Source: Candidatus Peribacteria bacterium
GTDB lineage: Bacteria > Patescibacteriota > Gracilibacteria > Peribacterales > Peribacteraceae
Direction of reading: 5' to 3'
NCBI GenBank assembly: GCA_023245765.1
Contig: JAHFJP010000004.1
Coordinates: 375 to 64,374 of the forward strand
DNA: 64,000 nt
Shown piece by piece: positions 8,634 to 17,082 of this stretch. Numbering within the stretch: the first letter of the stretch is position 1; each line of letters opens with the position of its first letter. The notes below the pieces were generated by a model. The model worked only from the letters and a program-made list of their open reading frames with translations, made no database searches and was not told the DNA's origin. Both the position numbers and the translations under genes were made by a program.

Positions 8634-9233
8634 ATGAAATACAATGTTATTTTAAATCCGCCTATCGAAGACGACCTTCCAGATGATCCGGATGCTGCTC
8701 TGACAATAGCTGTTGAACGAGGCGTGCAATGCGAGAACGGTGTATACCGATTTCTTGATCCCGCGATTTCGATACCCGTTCTTTGCAATCTCGATCGCAT
8801 ACGCCCTCTGCTCAAGGGTGATTGGTGGAAGGATGACGTCTTGCAGTCCAAGGAAAAAGAAGAAGCAGGAGAGAAAACACTTCTCATTCCCGAAAGTTCT
8901 TTCGGCAAACCTCTGGAGATTGAGAATGATGAGTACTTCTGGAGAACGCTTTCGGCACGCGTTTTGACCCGATTCCTTCTCATCAACGTATTATCCGGAG
9001 GACCGCGGGCACTGGGGAATGACAGGTTTGTCCGGTCAGGCACTTCGGAGCCGATAAGGGATGCCCTCACTGCTCCGCCATTCTACGAGGTTGGAAACAA
9101 TGTCGTCGTTGGGTTTGATACCTATGGTTTTCTCAAGGCCTTCTATATTCAGAACTTTCAAAAAAGACCCAATATCGGTATCGCATTGAACGAAGAAGAT
9201 TGGAGGAAAACATATCGAAATAGAAAAACATAA
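8634..9233 (+). CDS. hypothetical protein (199 aa)
   Basis: Same strand, 24 nt after the oxygenase gene. Lower GC. No motif recognised. Confidence 0.6.
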   Translation: MKYNVILNPPIEDDLPDDPDAALTIAVERGVQCENGVYRFLDPAISIPVLCNLDRIRPLLKGDWWKDDVLQSKEKEEAGEKTLLIPESSFGKPLEIENDEYFWRTLSARVLTRFLLINVLSGGPRALGNDRFVRSGTSEPIRDALTAPPFYEVGNNVVVGFDTYGFLKAFYIQNFQKRPNIGIALNEEDWRKTYRNRKT

Positions 9234-9423
9234 TGCTATATCGAGCTGTCTCAGAGATCTGAGACAAGCTCTCTGGGCACTCGTTGTTCCTGGGGAGCTT
9301 GTCTCTAAAAGCGAGCACTGGCTTCGAGATTTTTTGAATCTGGGAGCCAGTATCTCTATCTCAAAATACCACCGTGGTAAAACAGTGATACTGGCGTTTT
9401 CCGGGGTCATCTATGATGCCTGC

Positions 9424-10461
9424 ATGGTCAATCCAGAGTTCATGCGCCGGTGTCTGGACCTCGCCTCCCGTGGTCGCGGCAGGGTCGGCAATGGCGCCCT
9501 GGTGGGGGCCGTCTTCGTCCGTCAGGGGATGATCATCGCCGAGGGGTTCCATGCCGCCTACGGAGCGTCCCATGCTGAGCGGGCACTCTTGGATGCGTAC
9601 ACCGGTGAAATCCTTCCTGAGGACGTTTTGTATGTGAATCTAGAACCATGCTGTCATCAGGGTAAGACTCCACCTTGTACAAATTTATTGATCGAGAAAG
9701 GCATCAAAACGGTCGTCTACGGAATGCTCGATCCAGACCCTCGTGTTAGCGGTCAGGGAGTGCAGGCTCTCAGGGCAGCTGGTATCAACGTCATCGGTCC
9801 TCTGGAGCGCGCTCTGTGTGAGCGTATGAATAGGGGATTCGTCTCGCTACGTACTAAGGGCAGGCCGTGGATCACACTCAAGCAAGCTCGTGATGCACAG
9901 GGGGCAATCAGCAATGACGATGGATCCTTCAAAAAGATCACCTCTGCCGATCAAGATGCCTGGTCCCACACATTCCTTCGTGCCCGCCATGACGCGATAT
10001 TGGTCGGTGTAGGATCAATTATTTCCGATAATCCTCTATTGAATATCAGATTTGCTCAAATAGTGAAATTTTCTCAAATGGAAGGGCTTAATGAAGATAA
10101 AATTAATGAAAATAATTTCATTAATCCCTACAGAATAGTATTGGATCCGCAGTGCCGTATTCCGATGGATGCAAAGGTCGTGACTGATACGCCGGAGAGG
10201 ACGATTATCTGCTTCAACGAAGGGCAAGAACAGGATGAAAAGGCCCTGACTCTAGGCGGACGGGGAGTTCATCTCGTTTCGCTCCCCATGCATGACGATG
10301 CATTCAACTGGGAGGCGCTTTGGCGTGTGCTCATAACGCCCACGGCAACATTCCCGGGAATAGCATCAATCCTCGTCGAAGGTGGCAGCAGAACATGGAA
10401 GGAATTCCAGAGGGCGCTCTTGGTGGACGAAGCCATTCATCTCGTTGGCAGGTTCCTGTAA
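9424..10461 (+). CDS. ribD: bifunctional riboflavin biosynthesis deaminase/reductase
   Basis: HAERALL and NLEPCCHQGKTPPC (CDA zinc motifs) plus a C-terminal RibD reductase domain (ILVEGGSRTW). The ORF opens at TTG 9334, but ATG 9424 (MVNPEFMRRCLDLA) fits the family N-terminus. Confidence 0.9.
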   Translation: MVNPEFMRRCLDLASRGRGRVGNGALVGAVFVRQGMIIAEGFHAAYGASHAERALLDAYTGEILPEDVLYVNLEPCCHQGKTPPCTNLLIEKGIKTVVYGMLDPDPRVSGQGVQALRAAGINVIGPLERALCERMNRGFVSLRTKGRPWITLKQARDAQGAISNDDGSFKKITSADQDAWSHTFLRARHDAILVGVGSIISDNPLLNIRFAQIVKFSQMEGLNEDKINENNFINPYRIVLDPQCRIPMDAKVVTDTPERTIICFNEGQEQDEKALTLGGRGVHLVSLPMHDDAFNWEALWRVLITPTATFPGIASILVEGGSRTWKEFQRALLVDEAIHLVGRFL

Positions 10462-10839
10462 TGGCGTACCTGTTTCTTTTGAATGCATGGGAACAAGACG
10501 ATACCCCTTCAGAGCCATATCAAGCTGCTGCATGATTGCAGTTTTTGCACTTCCCTTGATCCCTTCAATTCTGTAGTCATCTATCGTCACCCATGTAGTG
10601 ATAGGCTCAGATCTGCCTGCAATCTTGATCTGAACGACGGCGCTCTTTTCATCATCTTCGATAATCACATCAACGATACGATTGTGATACAGAAAGTCGA
10701 GCGTCCGAAAAGCAGCATCAGCCCGCGACAATATTGTCTCTGCCGTTTTGGGTGCTGCATCAATTTTGCCGTTGAGATGGAGTCCCTCTGTTGATTCAAC
10801 AAGTATGTTCAATTGATGATCGGTAAAGGACCGGGACAT
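10366..10839 (-). CDS. hypothetical protein (157 aa)
   Basis: ATG ORF convergent with ribD. Its last ~31 codons overlap the ribD 3' end by 96 nt. No family recognised. Confidence 0.45.
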   Translation of the reverse strand: MSRSFTDHQLNILVESTEGLHLNGKIDAAPKTAETILSRADAAFRTLDFLYHNRIVDVIIEDDEKSAVVQIKIAGRSEPITTWVTIDDYRIEGIKGSAKTAIMQQLDMALKGYRLVPMHSKETGTPLQEPANEMNGFVHQERPLEFLPCSAATFDED

Positions 10840-10870
10840 TATGGATATTCTGCTCGCCAGTCAAACAATC

Positions 10871-11545
10871 TCAGAGCCCCAGTCGCCGTTTGAGCTTCTG
10901 GCCCGTCTTAAAGAGCCAGACCAGGAACCGTTCTCGGAAGGGGAGTCGGCCCGTCTCCGCAAACGTCTTCACCACCTCCGCGAAGTGCTTGCCTTGGGCT
11001 TTGACGCTCGCGATGGAATCGGCGCGGCAGTCGACCACCATGCCGAATTGGCCCTTGCCCTTGGTGCAGCGGCCTTCGTAATGGGTGCCGATCACGACGC
11101 CGCCGAAGTAGCGGATGCTCACGGGAAGATGACTGACTGTGCGCCTCTGCAGGCCGGTCCAGGCGGGGTAGGGGGATCCACCGGTGTAGATCAAGAAGAA
11201 GGGTTTCCCTTTGAGCATGCCAAGTGACCGGGTCTCGGGCTCCAGGCAGAAACTCCCCATGCGGTCGATCAGATTCTTGAGATGACCCGGTACGCCGAAG
11301 TTCCAGATGGGGCTTGCGATCACCACGCCATCGCTCTTCTGGACGAGTTCCTGGAGTCGGCGAAAATCTTCCCCCTGATCGGTTGCCGCGTCGTAGTACT
11401 TCATCTGGAAGTGATCGATCGAGAGATCCTTCAGACGGATCTTGTTGAGCTCCGCACCGCTGCCGATTCCCTCTGCGAAACGATCTGCGAGGAAATCGCT
11501 GTTGCTCGGGTCGTTGGTGCCGGCCACGAGGAGGAGGATCTTCAT
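10871..11545 (-). CDS. NAD(P)H-dependent FMN reductase / flavodoxin-like fold protein
   Basis: MKILLLVAGTNDPSNSDFLA...SDGVVIASPIWNFGVPGHLKNLIDR is the typical FMN_red pattern. Confidence 0.8.
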   Translation of the reverse strand: MKILLLVAGTNDPSNSDFLADRFAEGIGSGAELNKIRLKDLSIDHFQMKYYDAATDQGEDFRRLQELVQKSDGVVIASPIWNFGVPGHLKNLIDRMGSFCLEPETRSLGMLKGKPFFLIYTGGSPYPAWTGLQRRTVSHLPVSIRYFGGVVIGTHYEGRCTKGKGQFGMVVDCRADSIASVKAQGKHFAEVVKTFAETGRLPFRERFLVWLFKTGQKLKRRLGL

Positions 11546-11590
11546 GATTATAGTGTAGGTTTGTGGAAGCGGTTGATCCAGTCACGAAAG

Positions 11591-11657
11591 GAAACCGAGG
11601 AAACCGACGTAACCAAGGTAACCGAGGATCGTCGGTTTCTTCGGTTTCGTCGGTTAC
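11591..11657. repeat. Family-A long imperfect palindrome built of 9-mers (GAAACCGAG-type), copy A1
   Basis: GAAACCGAG GAAACCGAC GTAACCAAG GTAACCGAG-GATC-GTCGGTTTC TTCGGTTTC GTCGGTTAC. Located between the divergent FMN-reductase and nrdJ genes. Confidence 0.85.
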
Positions 11658-11763
11658 TTTTTTCGGAATATTCTGATCATTTTCGGACAGAGTGTGACGT
11701 GGAAAACTTTCCGTCCGCGTGTCGAGCAATAATAAGGCAAAAATGCTTCCACGAAGCTCCGCA

Positions 11764-11811
11764 CTTCGATACCTTGTGTCGTTGTTCCCCTCGATGCCCT
11801 ACATATTGTGT
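11764..11811 (+). promoter_or_regulatory. putative tandem NrdR boxes
   Basis: Two 16-mers, 11764-11779 (10/16) and 11796-11811 (12/16, right half ATATTGTGT exact), compared with ACACAATATATTGTGT. Starts are 32 nt apart. The second box ends about 50 nt upstream of the nrdJ ATG. Confidence 0.4.
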
Positions 11812-11863
11812 TTGGTCGGCTCATCCGATAGCCGGGCGTCCTTCCCCATTTCCCCTCGTTCGT

Positions 11864-14800
11864 ATGAACCCCTCGTCCTCTTCCGCTGCGTCCAAATCTT
11901 CTCACCGCGGACTCGGACAAGAGGGGGTTATCCAGCGTTTAAAGAAGGGAGAAACGGTCGAAACCCCGCGTGGGAAGAAGGACGTGGGTCATCATAAAGC
12001 ACTCACCATCAAGCGCGTCTTCACGACTGTCGGGAGCGATCCGCTGGAGCATGTCGTCTACGAAAAGCGGACCAGTAAAATCATGAATACCAACGGGTCG
12101 GTCGTCTTCGAAATGCAGGGGGCCGAGATCCCCGCCGACTGGAGCCAGGTGGCGACGGATATCGTCGTCAGCAAGTACTTTCGCAAAGCGGGAGTGCCCC
12201 AATTCGATGCGCAGGGAAACATTCTGAAGAACGACAAAGGGGAGGTCATCACGGGGCCAGAGCGCAGCGTCAAACAGGTGGTGCGGCGGTTGGCCGGCTG
12301 CTGGCGGCACTGGGGCGAGACGCACGGATACTTCGAATCCAAACTCGATGCACAGGCGTTCGAAGACGAACTGAGCCACATGCTGACGCACCAGATGGCG
12401 GCCCCCAACAGCCCGCAGTGGTTCAACACCGGCCTCAACACTGCCTACGGCATCACGGGCCCGTCCCAGGGGCACTACTACTGCGATCCGGAGACGGGGG
12501 AGGTCCGCCGCAGCGAGGATGCCTACACGCACCCCCAGCCCCATGCCTGCTTCATTCAATCCGTCGATGATGACATGGTCAACGAGGGGGGCATCATGGA
12601 TCTGTGGGTCCGCGAGGCGCGCTTGTTCAAGTTCGGATCCGGCACGGGCACGAACTTCAGCAAGCTGCGCAGCGCCGGCGAGCCGCTCTCGGGCGGCGGC
12701 CAGAGTTCCGGGCTCATGAGTTTCCTCAAGATCGGGGACCGTGCGGCAGGCGCCATCAAATCGGGGGGCACCACGCGACGCGCGGCCAAGATGGTCTGTC
12801 TCGATCTCGACCATCCGGATATCGAGGAATTCATCAACTGGAAGGTCAACGAAGAGAAAAAAGTCGCCGCGATGGCCGCGGCCGGCTACGACACCGACTT
12901 TAACGGCGAGGCGTACCTCACGGTCTCGGGTCAGAACAGCAATAACTCCATCCGCATCCCGCACGCGTTCTTCGAAGCAATCGAACACGACGGCGACTGG
13001 GCACTCACGTGGCGCACGGAACTCAAAAAGGCCGCTACCGAAGGACGCGCACCTGTTCCCAAGAAGATGCTCAAGGCACGCAATCTCTGGGATCAGATCA
13101 GCTACGCCGCGTGGTCGTGTGCCGATCCCGGCGTCCAGTACGACACCACGATCAACGACTGGCACACGTGTCCGGAGGATGGCCGGATCAACGCAAGCAA
13201 CCCCTGTAGCGAGTACATGTTCCTCGATAACACGGCGTGCAACCTCGCGTCGATCAACCTCCTCAAGTTCTATAACCAAGAGCATGGAACCTTCGAAATC
13301 GAGCGCTTTATCCATGCGGTGCACCTGTGGACCATCGTCCTCGAAATTTCGGTGCTCATGGCGCAGTTCCCCAGCAAAGAAATCGCCGAGCTCAGCTACA
13401 AGTTCCGGACACTCGGCCTCGGATTTGCCAATCTCGGCGCGATGCTGATGCAGATGGGTATTCCCTACGATTCGCCTAAGGGACGCGCGATCTGTGGCGC
13501 GATCACGGCGATTCTCACCGGCGAGAGCTACGCGACCTCGGCCGACATGGCGCAGTTCCTTGGCGCCTTTCCCGGCTACAATAAAAACCGTGACCACATG
13601 CTCAAAGTCATCCGTAATCACCGCCGGGCTGCCTACAACGCGCCGGCGCGCGAATACGAGAATCTCCACGTGCTGCCCGTCGGCATCCAGGCCGCCGATT
13701 GTCCTGACGATCTCCTCCATGCCGCCAAAGAAGCATGGGACCGCGCGCTCGCAAAGGGTGAAAAATACGGTTACCGCAACGCGCAGGTCACCGTCATCGC
13801 CCCCACGGGCACGATCGGCCTCCTCATGGATTGCGACACCACGGGCGTCGAGCCCGACTTCGCGCTCGTGAAGTTCAAAAAACTCGCCGGTGGCGGCTAC
13901 ATGAAGATCGCAAACCAATCAGTCTTCCCCGCGATGCAGGCACTCGGCTACAGCGAGGCCGAGGTGCGCGACATCATGCGCTACGTGATGGGAACGCTCA
14001 GTCTCGAAGGCGCCCCGCACATCAACCGCGTCAGTCTCAAACAGAAGGGCTTCACCGACGAGGATATTGCCGCAGTGGAGAAAAACCTCTCACAGGTCTT
14101 CGAGATTGGCTTTGCCTTCAACAAATGGACGCTCGGCGACAAGACGATGGAACGTCTTGGCTTCACGGCCGATCAAACCGCTGACTTCAACTTCAATCTC
14201 CTCAAGGCACTCGGATTCACCCAGGAACAGATCGACGAGGCGAACCTCGTCATCTGTGGACACATGACGGTCGAAGGTGCGCCTCTCCTGCGCGATGAAC
14301 ATCTCCCGGTCTTCGACTGCGCCAACAAGTGCGGCAAGACGGGCAAGCGCTTCATCAGCGCCGAGGGGCATATCCGGATGATGGCCGTGTGTCAGTCGTT
14401 CATCAGTGGCGCGATCAGCAAGACCATCAACCTCCCCAACGAAGCGACGATCGAGGACTGCAAGAATGCCTATCTCCTCAGCTGGAAGCTCGGGATCAAG
14501 GCGAATGCCCTGTATCGGGACGGTTCAAAAATGAGTCAGGTGCTCAGCAATAAATCCGACACGAAAGATTTCAAAGATTCCAGCGCAGGTGTTCCACCTG
14601 CGGAGGTAAAAATAGTCGAAAAGATCGTGATAAAAGAGGTTCCGAGACGCAGGAAATTGCCCGACGAACGGCTCGCGATTGCCCACAAGTTCAGCATTGC
14701 CGGGCACGAGGGCTACATCCATGTCGGCATGTACGAAGATGGCGCGCCGGGCGAGATCTTCATCAAAATGAGCAAGGAAGGTTCAACACTCTCCGGCGTG

Positions 14801-15316
14801 ATGGATACGCTAGCGATCAGCCTCTCGATGAACTTCCAGTACGGTGTGCCGCTCGAAAGTCTCTGCGAGAAACTCGTCGGCGCACGCTTTGAACCCATGG
14901 GTATGACGGCCAACAAGGAAATCCCAATCGTCCGCTCTGTCATGGATTACCTCGGCCGCTGGATGGCGCTCAAGTTCCTCACGAAGGACAAAGCCAAGAA
15001 GTTCCACAACGGCGAGCTCGTCGACAAAGCGTACGCAATCGGCAGCAAGAGCAAGGAAGCATTCGCGATGCGGTTGCCTGTGGTCGACGAAGGATCTTCC
15101 GTTGCGATGGACTTTTCCATGGTGACAGAAGAGAAAGCCCAGACCGAACTCACACAGGCCGTCAGTGACGTCGAGCACAGCACAGACAAGATTAGCAACG
15201 CGAAGCTCCAGGGTTATACGGGGTCCATGTGCAGCGGGTGCGGGAGCTTCAAATTGAAGAGGAATGGGAGTTGTGAGGTTTGTCTGGATTGTGGGGCGAC
15301 GTCGGGGTGTTCCTAA
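11864..15316 (+). CDS. nrdJ: adenosylcobalamin-dependent (class II) ribonucleotide reductase
   Basis: WSQVATDIVVSKYFRKAG, NPCSEYMFLDNTACNLASINL, and a C-terminal Cys cluster CSGCGSFKLKRNGSCEVCLDCG. The computed ORF (from 11282) is over-extended across repeat A1 and the opposite-strand gene. ATG 11864 is the first plausible start. Confidence 0.93.
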   Translation: MNPSSSSAASKSSHRGLGQEGVIQRLKKGETVETPRGKKDVGHHKALTIKRVFTTVGSDPLEHVVYEKRTSKIMNTNGSVVFEMQGAEIPADWSQVATDIVVSKYFRKAGVPQFDAQGNILKNDKGEVITGPERSVKQVVRRLAGCWRHWGETHGYFESKLDAQAFEDELSHMLTHQMAAPNSPQWFNTGLNTAYGITGPSQGHYYCDPETGEVRRSEDAYTHPQPHACFIQSVDDDMVNEGGIMDLWVREARLFKFGSGTGTNFSKLRSAGEPLSGGGQSSGLMSFLKIGDRAAGAIKSGGTTRRAAKMVCLDLDHPDIEEFINWKVNEEKKVAAMAAAGYDTDFNGEAYLTVSGQNSNNSIRIPHAFFEAIEHDGDWALTWRTELKKAATEGRAPVPKKMLKARNLWDQISYAAWSCADPGVQYDTTINDWHTCPEDGRINASNPCSEYMFLDNTACNLASINLLKFYNQEHGTFEIERFIHAVHLWTIVLEISVLMAQFPSKEIAELSYKFRTLGLGFANLGAMLMQMGIPYDSPKGRAICGAITAILTGESYATSADMAQFLGAFPGYNKNRDHMLKVIRNHRRAAYNAPAREYENLHVLPVGIQAADCPDDLLHAAKEAWDRALAKGEKYGYRNAQVTVIAPTGTIGLLMDCDTTGVEPDFALVKFKKLAGGGYMKIANQSVFPAMQALGYSEAEVRDIMRYVMGTLSLEGAPHINRVSLKQKGFTDEDIAAVEKNLSQVFEIGFAFNKWTLGDKTMERLGFTADQTADFNFNLLKALGFTQEQIDEANLVICGHMTVEGAPLLRDEHLPVFDCANKCGKTGKRFISAEGHIRMMAVCQSFISGAISKTINLPNEATIEDCKNAYLLSWKLGIKANALYRDGSKMSQVLSNKSDTKDFKDSSAGVPPAEVKIVEKIVIKEVPRRRKLPDERLAIAHKFSIAGHEGYIHVGMYEDGAPGEIFIKMSKEGSTLSGVMDTLAISLSMNFQYGVPLESLCEKLVGARFEPMGMTANKEIPIVRSVMDYLGRWMALKFLTKDKAKKFHNGELVDKAYAIGSKSKEAFAMRLPVVDEGSSVAMDFSMVTEEKAQTELTQAVSDVEHSTDKISNAKLQGYTGSMCSGCGSFKLKRNGSCEVCLDCGATSGCS

Positions 15317-15384
15317 GAAACCGATGTAACCGAGGGAACCGAGGATCGTCGGTTGCTTCGGTTTCGTCGGTTGCCTCGGTTGCC
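15317..15384. repeat. Family-A 9-mer palindrome, copy A2
   Basis: Begins at the nucleotide after the nrdJ TAA. Centre GATC at 15344-15347. Confidence 0.85.
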
Positions 15385-15396
15385 TATACTCGCTCT

Positions 15397-15894
15397 ATGT
15401 CCGACTCTTTCCTCGACAACCTTCCCAGCAACGAGCGCCGCAAGCTCAAGCAGATGATGAGCCCCGAGGCGTACGAGCGCCTGCGGGAGAAGGTCAAAGG
15501 TCCGGAGGATTTGGAGAAAGAACTCAAGCGCGGCGAGCAGCTGGCCGAGCTCAGCTTTGAGCTGCAGACGGATGAGAAGCTGCGCGAGCGGCTCAAGGGT
15601 CAGTGCGAGAAGGACGTGCGGGAGCAGGGGATTGAGGCCGTCATGGACGTCCAGAAGCTCAGTCCAGAACTCAAGAAAGCGCTACAGCAAGGCAAATTCA
15701 TGCTGGCGGTCTCCAGTCATCCCTCAACGCACGATGATCAGCTCGTGGCGGTTCCCGAAGGCAACGTGCAGGAGAAAATTCCGCTCAAGCCAGCGTTCAG
15801 CGACCGGTACGTGGCGCAATTTTTGCAGAGCGCGTCACCCACAATAAAACTTCAGGATTTATCGAAGAAGACCTCGCGGAAGAAGGCGGCGTGA
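15397..15894 (+). CDS. hypothetical protein (165 aa, charged and helical)
   Basis: ATG 15397 lies just after repeat A2. The computed ORF start at 15280 would read through the repeat. No family recognised. Confidence 0.6.
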   Translation: MSDSFLDNLPSNERRKLKQMMSPEAYERLREKVKGPEDLEKELKRGEQLAELSFELQTDEKLRERLKGQCEKDVREQGIEAVMDVQKLSPELKKALQQGKFMLAVSSHPSTHDDQLVAVPEGNVQEKIPLKPAFSDRYVAQFLQSASPTIKLQDLSKKTSRKKAA

Positions 15895-16033
15895 GGATTC
15901 ACTCGCGGGCCCTTCTCCCTTCGCAAAGGGAGAAGGGTAGGGATGAGGGTCTCTTGGTCATGCTCCGCCACCCTCACCCTGCCCTCTCCCTCCGCGCCCT
16001 CGCTCCGCTCGGGCGGAGGGAGAGGGTTCCCGT

Positions 16034-16438
16034 TTATTGGAGGAAGAACAGCAGACACGCCGCCGCTGCCGTCGATGCATCAACTTCTGCGGTGATGCGT
16101 CCCAGAACCTCCTTCCCCTTGCCGTAGCACTCGATGCCGTTCTCGAGCGTGCCGACGGGGTTGTCGTTTGCATCCTCGATCATGACATGTCCGTCTTGCT
16201 CCACCACGGTCCCCACGTGCTTGCCCGAATCGTCGCGAATCACGGTGCCTCGGACCTTCCCCCGCACGTCGCCGTGAGTGTTGAGAATAGTTGCTGTCTG
16301 TGCCGCCTGTACCTGGATCTCCCCGATGACTTTTCCATTGCTGTTCTCGACAGTGATGGCACCGGTTCCGCCGCAGGAAGTCAAGATGAGCAGGCCGAGA
16401 ACCGAGAGGATGAGAACGAAGCGGTGCATGAGAGACAC
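16034..16438 (-). CDS. putative lipoprotein
   Basis: Signal peptide with lipobox (LLILTSCGG). Confidence 0.65.
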   Translation of the reverse strand: MSLMHRFVLILSVLGLLILTSCGGTGAITVENSNGKVIGEIQVQAAQTATILNTHGDVRGKVRGTVIRDDSGKHVGTVVEQDGHVMIEDANDNPVGTLENGIECYGKGKEVLGRITAEVDASTAAAACLLFFLQ

Positions 16439-16492
16439 GGGAAGAGGAGCTGCGCATCAAAAGATGTGCATCGCGACCAATCGTACTGTCCT

Positions 16493-16801
16493 TCATGCGG
16501 AATGCAAGTTTTCGTTGAGCCCTTCCCATTGGTCGTCCTCAGCCAACTTATTCGGGATCCGTTTCGCGCACGTCAAACACTCATGAATGACCATCCAGCC
16601 TTTCTTTCCCGTTTGATCCAGCCCGACTGGGCGCATCATTCCGCCGCAGAGGGAAGCCCGATCGCCGGGGCCCTCGTCATCGACATGCTTGCTCCACAGG
16701 CAGTGGGGGCAGTGATTCCTGTAGGTCCCGCGGAGGAGGGGAGCAACCGATGCTCCGCAGTGTCCGCAGATGAAGGGCTCTTCGCGGGCGATGAAGGTCA
16801 T
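16493..16801 (-). CDS. RNHCP domain protein (Cys-rich, zinc-ribbon-like)
   Basis: Literal YRNHCPHCLWSKHVD motif plus additional CxxC pairs. Confidence 0.75.
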   Translation of the reverse strand: MTFIAREEPFICGHCGASVAPLLRGTYRNHCPHCLWSKHVDDEGPGDRASLCGGMMRPVGLDQTGKKGWMVIHECLTCAKRIPNKLAEDDQWEGLNENLHSA

Positions 16802-17082
16802 CGGGAATGAGGAGGTTCGGTGGGAAGAATCATGTCTGATTTCGTTTGCTTCATCAATTTACGTGCGTTCATTCTGATGACCGCCACGTCAAACCAACTA
16901 ACATTCATTTTCGGATCTCTCGCGGTTTCGTCGAGATGCTCGTCGAGTTTTCTGGCAGAAGCAGCATCCTGGTCAAAAACGAATATGTGAAACTCTTCAC
17001 CTTTGCGTAACGTCACAACATTGAGATCATGCTGATTCTTGTCGCTCATGCAGCCATCGGAGAATTCTCCGGGATCGTTCAT
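16798..17082 (-). CDS. hypothetical protein (94 aa)
   Basis: 4-nt overlaps with both ychF (upstream) and the RNHCP gene (downstream) suggest a translationally coupled operon. Confidence 0.55.
   Translation of the reverse strand: MNDPGEFSDGCMSDKNQHDLNVVTLRKGEEFHIFVFDQDAASARKLDEHLDETARDPKMNVSWFDVAVIRMNARKLMKQTKSDMILPTEPPHSR

Noticed and set aside
9234-9423. FMN (RFN) riboswitch upstream of ribD
   Set aside because: I could not find the conserved RFN core sequences by eye. Only generic alternative hairpins are present, and these are reported separately at low interest.
11282-11863. N-terminal 194-codon extension of the nrdJ ORF
   Set aside because: It overlaps the opposite-strand FMN-reductase gene, reads through the family-A palindrome and the putative NrdR boxes, and has no similarity to RNR N-termini. 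ATG 11864 is preferred.
11864-15316. Intein in nrdJ (also considered for gyrB)
   Set aside because: Conserved RNR and GyrB motifs are contiguous, and there are no splicing-block or homing-endonuclease motifs. The extra length is explained by normal family extensions and, in gyrB, by the repeat-derived insertion.
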